Source: Psammoneis japonica
Taxonomy: Eukaryota
Direction: 5' to 3'
Assembly: GCA_008632985.1 (NCBI GenBank)
Contig: QPGO01000012.1
Location: forward strand, 1-64,000
Length of the DNA stretch: 64,000 bases
The notes under the pieces were generated by a model that did not search any database, had not been told where the DNA came from, and saw nothing but the letters and a program-made list of their open reading frames with translations. Shown one piece after another: positions 50,936 through 61,640 of the stretch. A program made the position numbers and the translations under genes. Every line of letters begins with the position of its first letter. Within the stretch, counting starts at the first letter, position 1.

Positions 50936-52012
50936 TCATGTGTAGTCTTCCCATTCCTGTTGATCAAATATTCTGTATTTTGGAACTTTGCTCGTCAGAA
51001 AGTTCCATGCCCTTGCGTCTCGAACAGTTCCAGGTCGATGAATATTGTGTTCGGGAGTATTGTTGGTCAGTGTACCTGTCGTTTTGTCACAACCCTTTGT
51101 TCTACCATTGATTTGTCCACGCTGGCACCGTCGAACCGTGTATTCCTTGATGCTTAGAAAGCGATAATGAAACAAAAGAAGTACGTCCGCTGGCCGCTCG
51201 TAATCTTTTGAACCGGTTGGACTCGCATCCTCCTTGTGAATTGCTCCTGGATAAAGCGTTGTATGGATGGTTGTGCCATTTCTTACTATTGCAGCATGAG
51301 GATTTCTCATGGACACATAATCAGAAGTCTTGACAATTGACTTGATTACTTCGTGTGGCGACTCCTCTCGATACTGAAAGCGTTTCAATATTGGAATTGG
51401 AGCATAAATCGTTTTATTGGAAGTCCCAAAAAGGACCCAATTTGCGGTGAGCGCCCCTCCATATGGAGCCAAGTATGCTTCAATCACATCGTGAATAACC
51501 TTGTGCTTCTTTGGATACTGCATCAAAACATAGAATTCATCCACGTCAATGAATGCAAAGTACTCATGCGTATTTCCGTATCGACTGACGCAGTCGTCAT
51601 AGGCGGACGTTTGCAACCCCCATCTCCGTCCCGGATGATGCTGAACGACAACACGAGAATAAATATCATGATTCCTTGTTCGATTGTACCACCGTTCCAA
51701 ATCAAACGTTGGAGAGTTGTCGTAGAGATAGACGTTGTCAAATTCAAGGCCCAGGAGGTTGTAATCAATCCATTCCATCAAGTACGCTTCTGCATCCATT
51801 GCAATTGCACAAATTGCCACCGAAAAGTTATGCCGTTTCTGCTTGTTGATCTCACTATGAAATATATCTTGTGACTTATTCACGTGGTTCACACGCAGTA
51901 TCAGTCTTATTGTCAGGAACGAGCTCAAGAAAAGGGAGAAGAGGTAAAGATTGCGGACCGTGAGGCATGGGAAAGGCGCATTCTTCTTGCTTTTCTTCGC
52001 AGCAACCTTCAT
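50936..52012 (-). CDS. Glycosyltransferase family 92-like type II membrane protein
   Basis: N-terminal TM segment; AICAIA..AEAYLMEWIDY...YLYDNS; FIDVDEF (DxD). Confidence 0.8.
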   Translation of the reverse strand: MKVAAKKSKKNAPFPCLTVRNLYLFSLFLSSFLTIRLILRVNHVNKSQDIFHSEINKQKRHNFSVAICAIAMDAEAYLMEWIDYNLLGLEFDNVYLYDNSPTFDLERWYNRTRNHDIYSRVVVQHHPGRRWGLQTSAYDDCVSRYGNTHEYFAFIDVDEFYVLMQYPKKHKVIHDVIEAYLAPYGGALTANWVLFGTSNKTIYAPIPILKRFQYREESPHEVIKSIVKTSDYVSMRNPHAAIVRNGTTIHTTLYPGAIHKEDASPTGSKDYERPADVLLLFHYRFLSIKEYTVRRCQRGQINGRTKGCDKTTGTLTNNTPEHNIHRPGTVRDARAWNFLTSKVPKYRIFDQQEWEDYT

Positions 52013-52362
52013 TGGCTTGTGTCGTTTTATAGGAATGAAAGCACTGGCTTTCTCGGACAGAGGCGCCGCAAGTGCAATTTACAAACTCCTATCTTTGTTG
52101 CAACAGTGGACAAAAGGTTGTCAAGGCAGGTGAGATCGAAAAAGCCCGCGAATTCAAACTCAACGGCAGGGCGGTTATTTGGTATCGCTGTAAAACAATA
52201 ATGATTTATAAGATCGTAATTAATCATTGAATTTCCAAAAAGCGCGGGAAATGTGGGAAACTGCACCGGGCCCCTACTTCACCGCGGTGCCCACCCGAGA
52301 AAGTCGAAAAGATCGGGACCACTCAGTAAGCACACCGGTGTTAGCTCCTGGAGCATCTGACC

Positions 52363-53547
52363 ATGTCTGGAACGACGGATAGGAGTAATGATGGTCGACT
52401 AGATGACGTTTTTGCTCAAGTGTTGGCTTCGATTGACTTTAGCGAAGAAAGCGTAGCGCAGAAGACGCAGGAAACAAACAACTGTCATGGCGATGCGGCA
52501 GGATGCACTGTGGGATGCAAGCTTGAAAAGGCACCTACCGATCCTGACATTCCTCCCTGCGATGATTGCGGTAAGGAATTCTCTGGCAAACTAACCTGTG
52601 GTAGCTGTCACTTAGCTTTCTATTGCTCCAAGGCGTGTCAGCGGCGTGATTGGAAAAATGGAGGCCACAAAAAGGCGTGCAAGACGATGAAGGAAGAGTG
52701 TGAACGAGTCGCGCGGCGCCTCGTGGACCTTATGCAAGACCCATCGCTCAGTCCTTTTGAACGACTCGGTCAGGAGGGCGAACTGAGCAAACTCGACCGC
52801 ACCGCTGCGTATCGGGAAGCTCAGAAGTATGGACTCGATGAGGCCATGCGCCAGCTATTCTTGGACGACCGAGATCAAGTGATGAACCGGTTCCGCAGTG
52901 GCAGTGTTGCTTTTTCGTACACGAATTGGATCATGTGCACTCTTTGGCGTGGTCAGCGGCGTGATGGGAACGGCGCCAAGAGTCCCGTTTTTAACTGCAT
53001 TGATGCACAGCGCATCAAACAATATGTGCTGAGTCACCCCGACGCGCTGGACAACTGGTTCGATGCGAGTTTGGCCTTGTTCCTCGTGCCCTACAATACG
53101 ACCGTGTACCGCTCTGGAATTCATCCGGAAGCGCATGGTACAGCTCGTGATGTCATGGCTGCCTGGATCTTTGTGTGCACCAAGAAGACGTCCATGGAGG
53201 CAATCCTGCTCGGTTCCACCAAGACGGCTGATGATCAAGCCATTGTTCGAGCTAAATCGCTCGCCAAGCGAATTCAAGTGGTTCTCAAGGCCGTCACGAA
53301 ACTTGGTCAACGTGACAGGGGCGGGAAATTGGAAGGCATCCTCAATCAAGTTGCGGCAATGCTTGCTTATTGGACAAAAGAGTTCAAGATCGAGGTGGAC
53401 TTTGACGAGGAACTTGGCTTTCGGGATATCCAAAAGCTCATGTACATGAAGGTTGCGTGGCCACTTGCGATTGGGACCATTGAAAAGCAGCGCACCTTGA
53501 CCATGCCGGAATCACAAGAATACATGCAGCGGTACCAAAACCGTTAG
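52363..53547 (+). CDS. MYND zinc-finger protein (intact copy)
   Basis: CDDCG...CGSCHLAFYCSKACQRRDWKNGGHKKAC; 394-aa ORF. Confidence 0.88.
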   Translation: MSGTTDRSNDGRLDDVFAQVLASIDFSEESVAQKTQETNNCHGDAAGCTVGCKLEKAPTDPDIPPCDDCGKEFSGKLTCGSCHLAFYCSKACQRRDWKNGGHKKACKTMKEECERVARRLVDLMQDPSLSPFERLGQEGELSKLDRTAAYREAQKYGLDEAMRQLFLDDRDQVMNRFRSGSVAFSYTNWIMCTLWRGQRRDGNGAKSPVFNCIDAQRIKQYVLSHPDALDNWFDASLALFLVPYNTTVYRSGIHPEAHGTARDVMAAWIFVCTKKTSMEAILLGSTKTADDQAIVRAKSLAKRIQVVLKAVTKLGQRDRGGKLEGILNQVAAMLAYWTKEFKIEVDFDEELGFRDIQKLMYMKVAWPLAIGTIEKQRTLTMPESQEYMQRYQNR

Positions 53548-53914
53548 AGTAGTACGGTACAAGAACTATTATGGGTACGGGAAAAGGTTGCCGACACTGG
53601 GGGATCGGGGAACTAAACGATCATCATTTGGTATGGTGAGGGGAAAGGGGAATTTATGTTTGTAATGTAGGGCCTAGTATAGCCGTTGTATAGCTCTAGC
53701 TAGCTACCGGTAGAGTAGAGTTTGCGTTGAACAAGATAGCTCACGTCAAATGCAAATCCCGATGTGAGATTTGTCCCGGTTGCTTGTGATTCACGGACGC
53801 GGTATCCCAACAACCAATCACCCAACGCACCAGGTGCAGGGCGCAGAAAATCTGCGATCACATTCAAACTGTCAGCAGGTATTTTCTTGCACATCACATC
53901 GAGAAACACGAACA

Positions 53915-54095
53915 ATGGCCGTAAGACTGAGTTTAAGAGTGGGAGCAGCCTGCGTGCTTTTTTGGGTGCAAGTTGCATCTCTGGAAGCAGTGGCACAGCC
54001 GGCATTTCTGACAGCAGAGCGGTCAACACAACAAAAAGGATCCTTTTGGGTGACAGCTGTGACCCATCAACCATCTCTCCCACTGATCTGCTTTC
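53915..54095 (+). pseudogene. Truncated, converted copy of the JmjC gene 5' end
   Basis: Aligns to 58877-59058, then is replaced by unrelated converted sequence. Confidence 0.85.
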
Positions 54096-56666
54096 TGCTG
54101 TGTCAGAAGATTGCTCCAACCAGTGCCAAGTTTGTGCAAATGCAAGCTGTGGCTTGCAGCAGGAGTCAATGCTTGAGAAATGTCTTGACCTGGTGCTTGG
54201 CTCTGTGTGGCGCAACTCAAGTTGTGTTGCAAACAAGAGTGCCATGCCAGCAGCCACTCCAAACAATGAGTTGCTCTGTGGCAGCAGCAGCTTGACATCT
54301 TGCTGCAAACAAGTGCAGCATGGGCAGATTTTCAAAACAATGAGGAGCTGCATTGCAGCAGTTTTGTCCAAACAAGTGCTGCACAAGTGCTGTGGTCGTC
54401 CAAGTGGTGGTTGTGGTGGCAGCAGCAGCAGCAGCAGCAGTTTTTGTGTCTTGTTGCAAGCAAGTGCCACACAAGCAGTTGTTTCAAATGGCAAGCAGCA
54501 GTGGCAGCCACAGCAACTTTGGAGTCTTGTTGCAAGTGCGAGCTGCACAAGCAGTTGTTCCAAACAATGAGTGGCAGTCAGCAGCAGCAGTGTCTTCCAC
54601 ATCTTCTGAAGTCTTGGAAAATTGAAGCTGCTCTTGGCACTGTCTTGCACAGTGCAGCAGCATGCAAGAATCTGTTGGGGCTGATGCCAACAGCTGGGTG
54701 ACAAAGTTGCACTCTCATCCTGCACAACTGCAGTGTGCCAACTTTGCAAATGTCGCCAGCACTCTCTCAAGATGGCAGCTGGTCTTTGAACCATGTGGGT
54801 GCAAAGCTCTTCAGCTTTGCAGTTGGTTGGCCACCAGTCAGCTGCATCTTCACCTTGCACAGCAACTTGCTCCCTGGCACACCAAAACAAATCTTTGATG
54901 AGCCATCCCACAAATTCAATGCTTGATGAGAGCATCCTTGCAACAAGCTCCAAATGGTTGGCAGCAAATGAGCAGCACTGATGTCTTCTTCTGGAACATC
55001 ATTGCCCCACCACAACTCTGTTTTGAGCCTCTTTGTCTTGCACCTTGAGGCTTTGGTGGAATGTCTTTGCCCTGCCTGAGTGTGCTCCTCAAGAGAAAAC
55101 AAAAGGCAACAGAGCTTGAGCACAGAGCATGGACTTGTGGATGAGCCACCCAAGGTTGGCAACAAGCCAACAGCACTGGTGTCTTCTTCTCAAACATTCT
55201 TGCCCTGTCACAGCTGTGTTGAGCCTCTTTGTCTTGTGTCTTGAGGTTTTCGTGGTGCCCCTTGGTGTCCTTGCCTGCAAAACAAAAAATTGGCCAAGCA
55301 TTAGGCACAACAAAATGGATGCAACATTGTGGCGCAACTTTTCATGCACTGTTTGTTCTCCAAAATGCAGAGTGGCATCTACAAACATTTGATGCACATC
55401 ATGACTTTTACACATGATGAGGAACACAGCAAAATGTGTGAGAGTTGGCAGACAGACTGCCTCCATCAAACTCACTTGGATCATCCAAAGGTGCCGCTGT
55501 TGCTGTGTTGCAAGTGCAGAAAATTTTTTCAGCAGAAATTCAAAAGCTGTGCTGGCCAAATTTGAGCAAAAAAGGCAGCGACTGGTCACCCTCAATCCTC
55601 TGTTTTCCTGGCTGTTTTCCATGCTTTTGTTGTGATGGGCATGTTTGTGTTCTCAACAAATCTCTGTCCATGCACCAACATGCAGAATTTAATTGCAAGC
55701 ACAAACATGCATTGAAGTGGAGTCACTCTTGGCCACAAGCAATTGGTGTCTCACTGCAATGTCACATTTGCAGCTGATTTTCTGTTCAAATGTTCAAAAA
55801 TCAAAGAAAGTCTCTTGATCTTGTCCTTGTCACTTTTGGCCAGCTTGGGTCCAACAAAGGTAAATTTGATCAGATGTTTGGAAGAAAACAAGTGTCTGAG
55901 GTCTTGCTTTGTTGGAGATGTTGGAAACCTTTCTTTCACTGATCAAAGCACACAGCATTTCACTTGCAAAACAAAAAAAGTCAATGTCTGGCTCATCTTG
56001 CAGCATGAAAAATGGCAAAAAAGTTTAGTTTGAGCTCTGAAGTCATTGAGAACTTTGGAAAATTTTTCTTCCACTGGCTGCCAGTGTGTGAAAAGTGGTG
56101 AATGGCCAAGAAACTNNNNNNNNNNNNNNNNNNNNNNNNNNNNNNNNNNNNNNNNNNNNNNNNNNNNNNNNNNNNNNNNNNNNNNNNNNNNNNNNNNNNN
56201 NNNNNNNNNNNNNNNNNNNNNNNNNNNNNNNNNNNNNNNNNNNNNNNNNNNNNNNNNNNNNNNNNNNNNNNNNNNNNNNNNNNNNNNNNNNNNNNNNNNN
56301 NGGGGGGGGGGGGGTGAGCAAAAACACGCAGCAGAAACATCATGGTCTTGGACCTCCTTTGCAGCATCACAATGAATGGCAGTCAGCGCAGATGCAGTTG
56401 ATGGCACAGCAGCATGAGCTCCATTCATTGCAGCATGCAAGGCAGGAGAAGAAACTCATCTGATTAGAAAGAAAGGAAAAGTGAGAAGAGCAGAGTGAGA
56501 GGATCTGTGAGAAACAAGCAGAGCATGTGGCCAAAAATGTGCTGGCTCCACAAACAGAGCCGCATCTCAGCAGATCGTTGCCAGTCCAATGTCTGAAGAC
56601 ATGGATTGAAATCCAAGTCAATCTCATGTCAAAGTTGCATTTGTGCCACAACTTGCTGTTTCACAC

Positions 56667-56830
56667 TGGGAAGACTTGTTCGCATGGAGCAGTGAGAAAC
56701 ATGGGGGGCAGTTTGGCTGGGGCGCATTCTCCAAAGGTGCAGAGATGCTGGGAAGACTTGTTCACATGGAGCAGTGAGAAACATGGGGGGCAATTTGGCT
56801 GGGGAACATTCTCCAAAGGTGCAGAGATGC
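56667..56830. repeat. Two-copy ~82-bp tandem repeat
   Basis: tgggaagacttgttc(g/a)catggagcagtgagaaacatggggggca...ccaaaggtgcagagatgc occurs twice. Confidence 0.9.
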
Positions 56831-57112
56831 TTGTTGGAGCACGTGTCATGGCAATGGAAGAAATGTTTCAAATGTGGTCACAGAGAAATGCCAGCCATTC
56901 CAGGCTGGATGTCACATCATGGGTGGTGGGGAAAAAGTTGGTCAAGCTGATGGGGCAGAAATGAATGATGGCCACGGGCCTCTGGACTGAAGGAAAATGG
57001 GGCATCCGACAAGAGGGGCAGAAGCAGGCATGGATGGACTGCAAATTAGATCTCCAATGTCACCGCACCTGGAGAGGTGGGGTGGTGAAGCAGCATGAGG
57101 ATGCACTCGACA

Positions 57113-59058
57113 AAAAAACCGCGAAATTCAAACTCAACGGATGGGCGGTTATTTAACAGTTGAAAAGACGACGTTGTATGTACTGTGACATTTATGCACT
57201 TTCTACAGTAGCCAATTTATCATTGAATTTCCAAAAGCGCGGGAAATCCCGCCTCACTTCTTTCACCGCGTGCGGTGCCACCCCGAGCCACGAGCCGACG
57301 AGGAATAAAACCGAAAAGAGGGACACGGCATCTTCTGATCATGCCTGGAACGACGGATAGGAGTAATGCTGGTCGAGCAGATGACCTTGCACAAGCGTTG
57401 GCTTCGTTTGACTTTAGCGAAGAAGGCTTAGCGCAAAAGGCGCGGGAAACAAACAACTTTTATGGCGATGCGGCAGGATGCAAGCTTGAAAAGGCACCTA
57501 CCGATCCTGACATTCCTCCTTGCGATGATTGCGGTAAGGAATTCTCTGGCAATCTCACCTGCGGTAGCTGTCATTTGGCTTTCTATTGCTCCAAGGCATG
57601 CCAGAGGCGTGACTGGAAAGAGGGAGGCCACAAAAAGGCGTGCAAAAGCATGAAGGAAGAGTGTGAACGAGTCGCTCGGCGCCTCGTGGACCTTATGCAA
57701 GACCCGTCGCTCAGTCCTTTTGAGCGACTCGGCGAGGAGGGCGAATTGAGCAAACTTGACAGCACCGCTGCTTATCGGGAGGCTCAAAAGTACGGACTAG
57801 ATGAGGCCATGCGCCAGCTATTCTTGGACGAACAAGAGCAAGTGATGAACCGGTTCCGCAATGGCGTTGCTTGTTCGTACACGAATGGGATCATGTGCAC
57901 TCTTTGGCGTGGTCAGAGGCGCGACGGGAATGGCACCAAGAGTCCCGTGTTCAATTGCATTGATGCACAACGCATCTAACAATATGTGCTGAGTCACCCC
58001 GATGCGCTGGACAATTGGTTCGATGCGAGTTTGGCCTTGTTTCTCGTGCCCTTCAATACGACCGTATACCGCTCTGGAATCCATCCGATAGCGCATCGTG
58101 CAGCTCGTGATGTCATGGCTGCCTGGATCTTTGTGTGCACCAAGAAGACGTCCATGAAGGCAATCCTGCTAGGCTCCACCAAGACGGCTGATGCTCAAGC
58201 CATTGTTCGAACAAAATCGCTCGCCAAGCGAATCCAAGTGGTCCTCAAGGCCGTCACGAACCTTGATCAACGCGACAGGGGCGGGACAGTGGAAGGTATG
58301 CTCAATCAAGTTGCGGCAATGCTTGCTTATTGGACAAAAGAGTTCAAAATCAAGGTGGACTTTGAGAAGGAGCTTGGCTTTCGGAATATCCAAAAGCACA
58401 TGTACATGAAGGTTGCGCGGCCACTTGCGATTGGGACCATTGAGAAGCAACGCACCTTGACCATGCCGGAATCACAAGAATACATGCAGCGGTACCAAAA
58501 CCGCTAGCTAGAGTAGTAGTACGGTACAAGAACTGTCATGGGTACGGGAAAAGGTTGCTGACACTGGGGATCGGGGAACTAAACGAGTAATTTTTGTTTG
58601 TAATGTAGGGCCTAGAGTATAGCCGTTGTGTAGCTCTAGCTAGAGTAGAGTAGAGTTTGCATTGAACAAGATAGCTCACGTCAAATGCAGACCCCCCGGC
58701 GTGAGATTGAGTCCCGGTTGCTTGTGGTTCACGGACGCGTACAGTATCCCAGCCACCCACAACACACAACGCAGTGATGCGCGCGACATAATGCACATCA
58801 GGGCATAGAAAATCTGCGATCGCATTCAAACTGATAGCAGATATTTTCTTGTACATCATATCGAGAAACAGGAGCAATGGCAGTAAGACTGAGTTTAGGT
58901 GTGGGGGTAGCTTGCGCACTTTTTTTCGGTAGAAGTTGCGTCTCTGGAAGTAGTAGCACAGCCGACATTTCTGATAGCGGAACGGTCGACACAACCAAAA
59001 GGATTCTTCTGGGTGACAGTTATGACCCATCAACCATGTCTCCCACTGATCCGCTTCC
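57113..59058 (+). repeat. Segmental duplication unit B
   Basis: Colinear with 52140-54095. Confidence 0.9.
57341..58507 (+). pseudogene. MYND paralog with a premature stop (AAA->TAA at 57977-57979)
   Basis: Highly similar to 52363-53547; cgcatcTaac vs cgcatcAaac. Confidence 0.8.
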
Positions 59059-60454
59059 TTGGTCCATTCTCCAGGAACTGTTTCCAGATCCAGTAGAATC
59101 TCTGTCAAATGCTTGGGAAGTACATCCCACGTACCTTCCAGGCTCTCGAGAATCTGCCGCTCAAAACACGACTCTACCCAAGGTCTTCGGTGGCAGCTCT
59201 GTCAATGCCGTCGCCAACCCCTCATCTGCAGACCGTTTTCAACACTTGTTTCAATTACCGGACCTTGCAAAGGTATTGTCAGATCCAGACTTGGTTCAAG
59301 GTACGGATTACACCGTGTTAAAGTATGTTGAACGCGATGGGGAGGAATGGTCGGGGAAATTTCCATACGAAAAGATTCCTCTAGAACACATTGAGCACTT
59401 GGTGAATGAACGGGAGTTTTCCGTGGTTATTAATGCCCTTCAAAGAAAATGGCTACCGACTGCTAAGATGGCAAAAGCGTTGGAATTGGAGACCATGTGT
59501 CATGGAGTGTCTTGTAACCTGTATCTTACTCCTCCCAAAGGCGCCAGAGGCTTTGAATGTCACTTGGATTGGATGGATGTCGTTGTGGTACAGGTGATTG
59601 GAGTAAAAGATTGGAATGTATGGACCGAGCCAATGATCGAAATGGCTGTTCCTGATGAGAAACGAAAACCAACAAAAGAGGAGCTGCGACAAGGGTCTCG
59701 AGCCTCGGTCCGACTTTTCCCCGGCGACGCTCTCTACATTCCAAGAGGTTTCATGCACAATGCAACAACTCCTGTGGACAGCGAGTCCATCTCATTGCAT
59801 CTGACATTTGGATTTGAGCACAACTGTGATACCACAATGGAAGCATTGCTGCATCATGCGCTTTCGCTGTTTGTGCAAGAGGTGCAACCCAAACTTGCCC
59901 AAGCCACTGCCTTACCTGGATCATCCTGCGTCCCTGGTCCCAACGGCTCTAGTGGAAATGGAATTTCGCTCGAGACCCTACTACATTTGGCCATTAGCGC
60001 TGTTGTCCGGAGAACAAACTGTGGCGGATTTGGCGAGACAAAAGAGCCAACTCGTGACAATGACAATGCTGCCATTTGCAATTTACGACATAGCGTTGCA
60101 CTGCATCCGCAGTTCCAACGACTCAAGGGACGGTCCGAAGACGAAACCAACGACCACTATGTGGCAGGGTTGGAGGCTGTGATGAATCACGTGTCGACCA
60201 AAAGCGCTGTGCAACTCCTCAACGTGGTGACTGCTGAACCGGATCCAGTCGCCAACGCTGGACAATACTGTTTTCCAAGGCTCAAGTTAAAAGACCTCAG
60301 GCAATGCGACCCAAATGCTCTGTTGCCGTCAACGCAAGCGAAACTAGAGGAGCTTGCAAAGTTGTTTGTCGAATTTGCAAGGAACAAATATGCGGATGCA
60401 CGACAGCAAATGATGGGTGACCTTCATGACTATCACGTGGATAGATGGAGTTAA
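58877..60454 (+). CDS. JmjC/cupin 2-oxoglutarate oxygenase (ribosomal oxygenase RIOX/YcfD-like)
   Basis: CNLYLTPP...GFECHLD (HxD)...QVIGVKDW...PGDALYIPRGFMH; hydrophobic N-terminal leader. Confidence 0.85.
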   Translation: MAVRLSLGVGVACALFFGRSCVSGSSSTADISDSGTVDTTKRILLGDSYDPSTMSPTDPLPWSILQELFPDPVESLSNAWEVHPTYLPGSRESAAQNTTLPKVFGGSSVNAVANPSSADRFQHLFQLPDLAKVLSDPDLVQGTDYTVLKYVERDGEEWSGKFPYEKIPLEHIEHLVNEREFSVVINALQRKWLPTAKMAKALELETMCHGVSCNLYLTPPKGARGFECHLDWMDVVVVQVIGVKDWNVWTEPMIEMAVPDEKRKPTKEELRQGSRASVRLFPGDALYIPRGFMHNATTPVDSESISLHLTFGFEHNCDTTMEALLHHALSLFVQEVQPKLAQATALPGSSCVPGPNGSSGNGISLETLLHLAISAVVRRTNCGGFGETKEPTRDNDNAAICNLRHSVALHPQFQRLKGRSEDETNDHYVAGLEAVMNHVSTKSAVQLLNVVTAEPDPVANAGQYCFPRLKLKDLRQCDPNALLPSTQAKLEELAKLFVEFARNKYADARQQMMGDLHDYHVDRWS

Positions 60455-60725
60455 GATTTTCATTTAAAATCGATTATAGAACATGTATTGAAATGTGTAG
60501 CCTCCACTTCCCATAATGGACACTTGATATCTAGCACTATAGCATATATTTTGCGTAAAGCCCCTCTATTCTTGGATGCGCCACCACACGCGAATGATGA
60601 ATCACCTCCGTCAACATATTCTGTAGCTCGTAGAGAAGCACCCCCGATATATATTTCATGCAAAAAACAAAATTCATGTCTCTCCTCTTCTTCACAAGAC
60701 TACCCAACAAAAGACGTTTGTCCTT

Positions 60726-61289
60726 TTACGTTTTGTTTTGCGTTTCTCCCTTGTTTTCTGCAACTCTTCGAGACAGCAAGCCCACATCCAAGTATGATAT
60801 GCAATTCTCTCGGCAGTATCCCCCCAGACAAACGTCGGGCGATGGGCAACCGGGAACTTTACACCTTTTCCGACCTTTCTTCACCTTTTTGCCTGCACGG
60901 TGCAAAGCTGGATGATGATGCCATGGATTCAATACAACCGGTTGAGCTGCTGGACCAAACATTGGGTAGGGCACTGGGTAATAAACCGGCGGGGCCTTGG
61001 GCTGTGTTTGTGACTTGCTTGATGCCAATGGAGGAGAACTGTCGCTCGTTGGGTGAGTACTGTGAGTTACTGTGGCTTCCCATTGTTTGGACGACGCATC
61101 TCCTTGTTTGACATGCTCACCCTCGGTAGGTCTACGACTTGTCATAACCAAGGCACCTGGAGGAGGTGGTGGATGTTGGTGCCTTTGCTTGGACGGACGC
61201 GCTTCACCTATTGGCTCTGCCACAGCCCCCCTTTTCCTAACAACAGCCGTATTACGGCGATTTGTACCGCGTCGACTAATGCCGGGCAT
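60726..61289 (-). CDS. Hypothetical low-complexity protein with a C-terminal Cys cluster
   Basis: 187-aa ATG ORF in normal-composition DNA; RCKVPGCPSPDVCLGGYCRENC. Confidence 0.5.
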   Translation of the reverse strand: MPGISRRGTNRRNTAVVRKRGAVAEPIGEARPSKQRHQHPPPPPGALVMTSRRPTEGEHVKQGDASSKQWEATVTHSTHPTSDSSPPLASSKSQTQPKAPPVYYPVPYPMFGPAAQPVVLNPWHHHPALHRAGKKVKKGRKRCKVPGCPSPDVCLGGYCRENCISYLDVGLLSRRVAENKGETQNKT

Positions 61290-61640
61290 ATTGTATCATG
61301 GCTTTGTCTCTGCCGAATAAATGAGAGAATTCAAAGAGGTGTCACTTTCACAGACAGTGTCGTACGCGAGTTTTCAGTTTTCACCGACAAACCCAAAACC
61401 CGCCGAATTTATCTATGTCGCCCAATTTTTTCGAAATTTTGATGCCGCCCGCCGTGATATTAAACATCCATGAACTAAGAATAACATATTGTCTTTTTAA
61501 CGTTCATTATTCAGAGCCGAATATCTTTTCATTCTCGGGACTCTTTTCCTCGATCGAATGAATCGCGTGGCTTCATCACAATATTCTGAAATCCGAAGAA
61601 CATCAACGTTGAACATAAAAAACATCAAACAGTGCCGACG

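Larger units (their letters stand above)
52140..54095 (+). repeat. Segmental duplication unit A (MYND gene + JmjC 5' end)
   Basis: Colinear with 57113-59058, including intergenic DNA. Confidence 0.9.

Noticed and set aside
56667..56830. CRISPR-like array
   Set aside because: Two adjacent copies, no spacers, no cas genes.
3400..57100. Hundreds of overlapping Cys/His/Gln/Trp-rich ORFs in the converted domains
   Set aside because: They are artefacts of losing TAA/TAG stops and Tyr codons, not real metal-binding proteins.
3070..57100. Classical fungal RIP or a diversity-generating retroelement as the explanation
   Set aside because: RIP creates TpA rather than removing it. DGR mutagenesis is A->N in short variable regions, not TpA-specific transitions across many kb.
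58877..60454. JmjC oxygenase as a DNA base-modifying enzyme
   Set aside because: Motifs fit the ribosomal-oxygenase type rather than TET/JBP or AlkB, and it has a signal-like leader.
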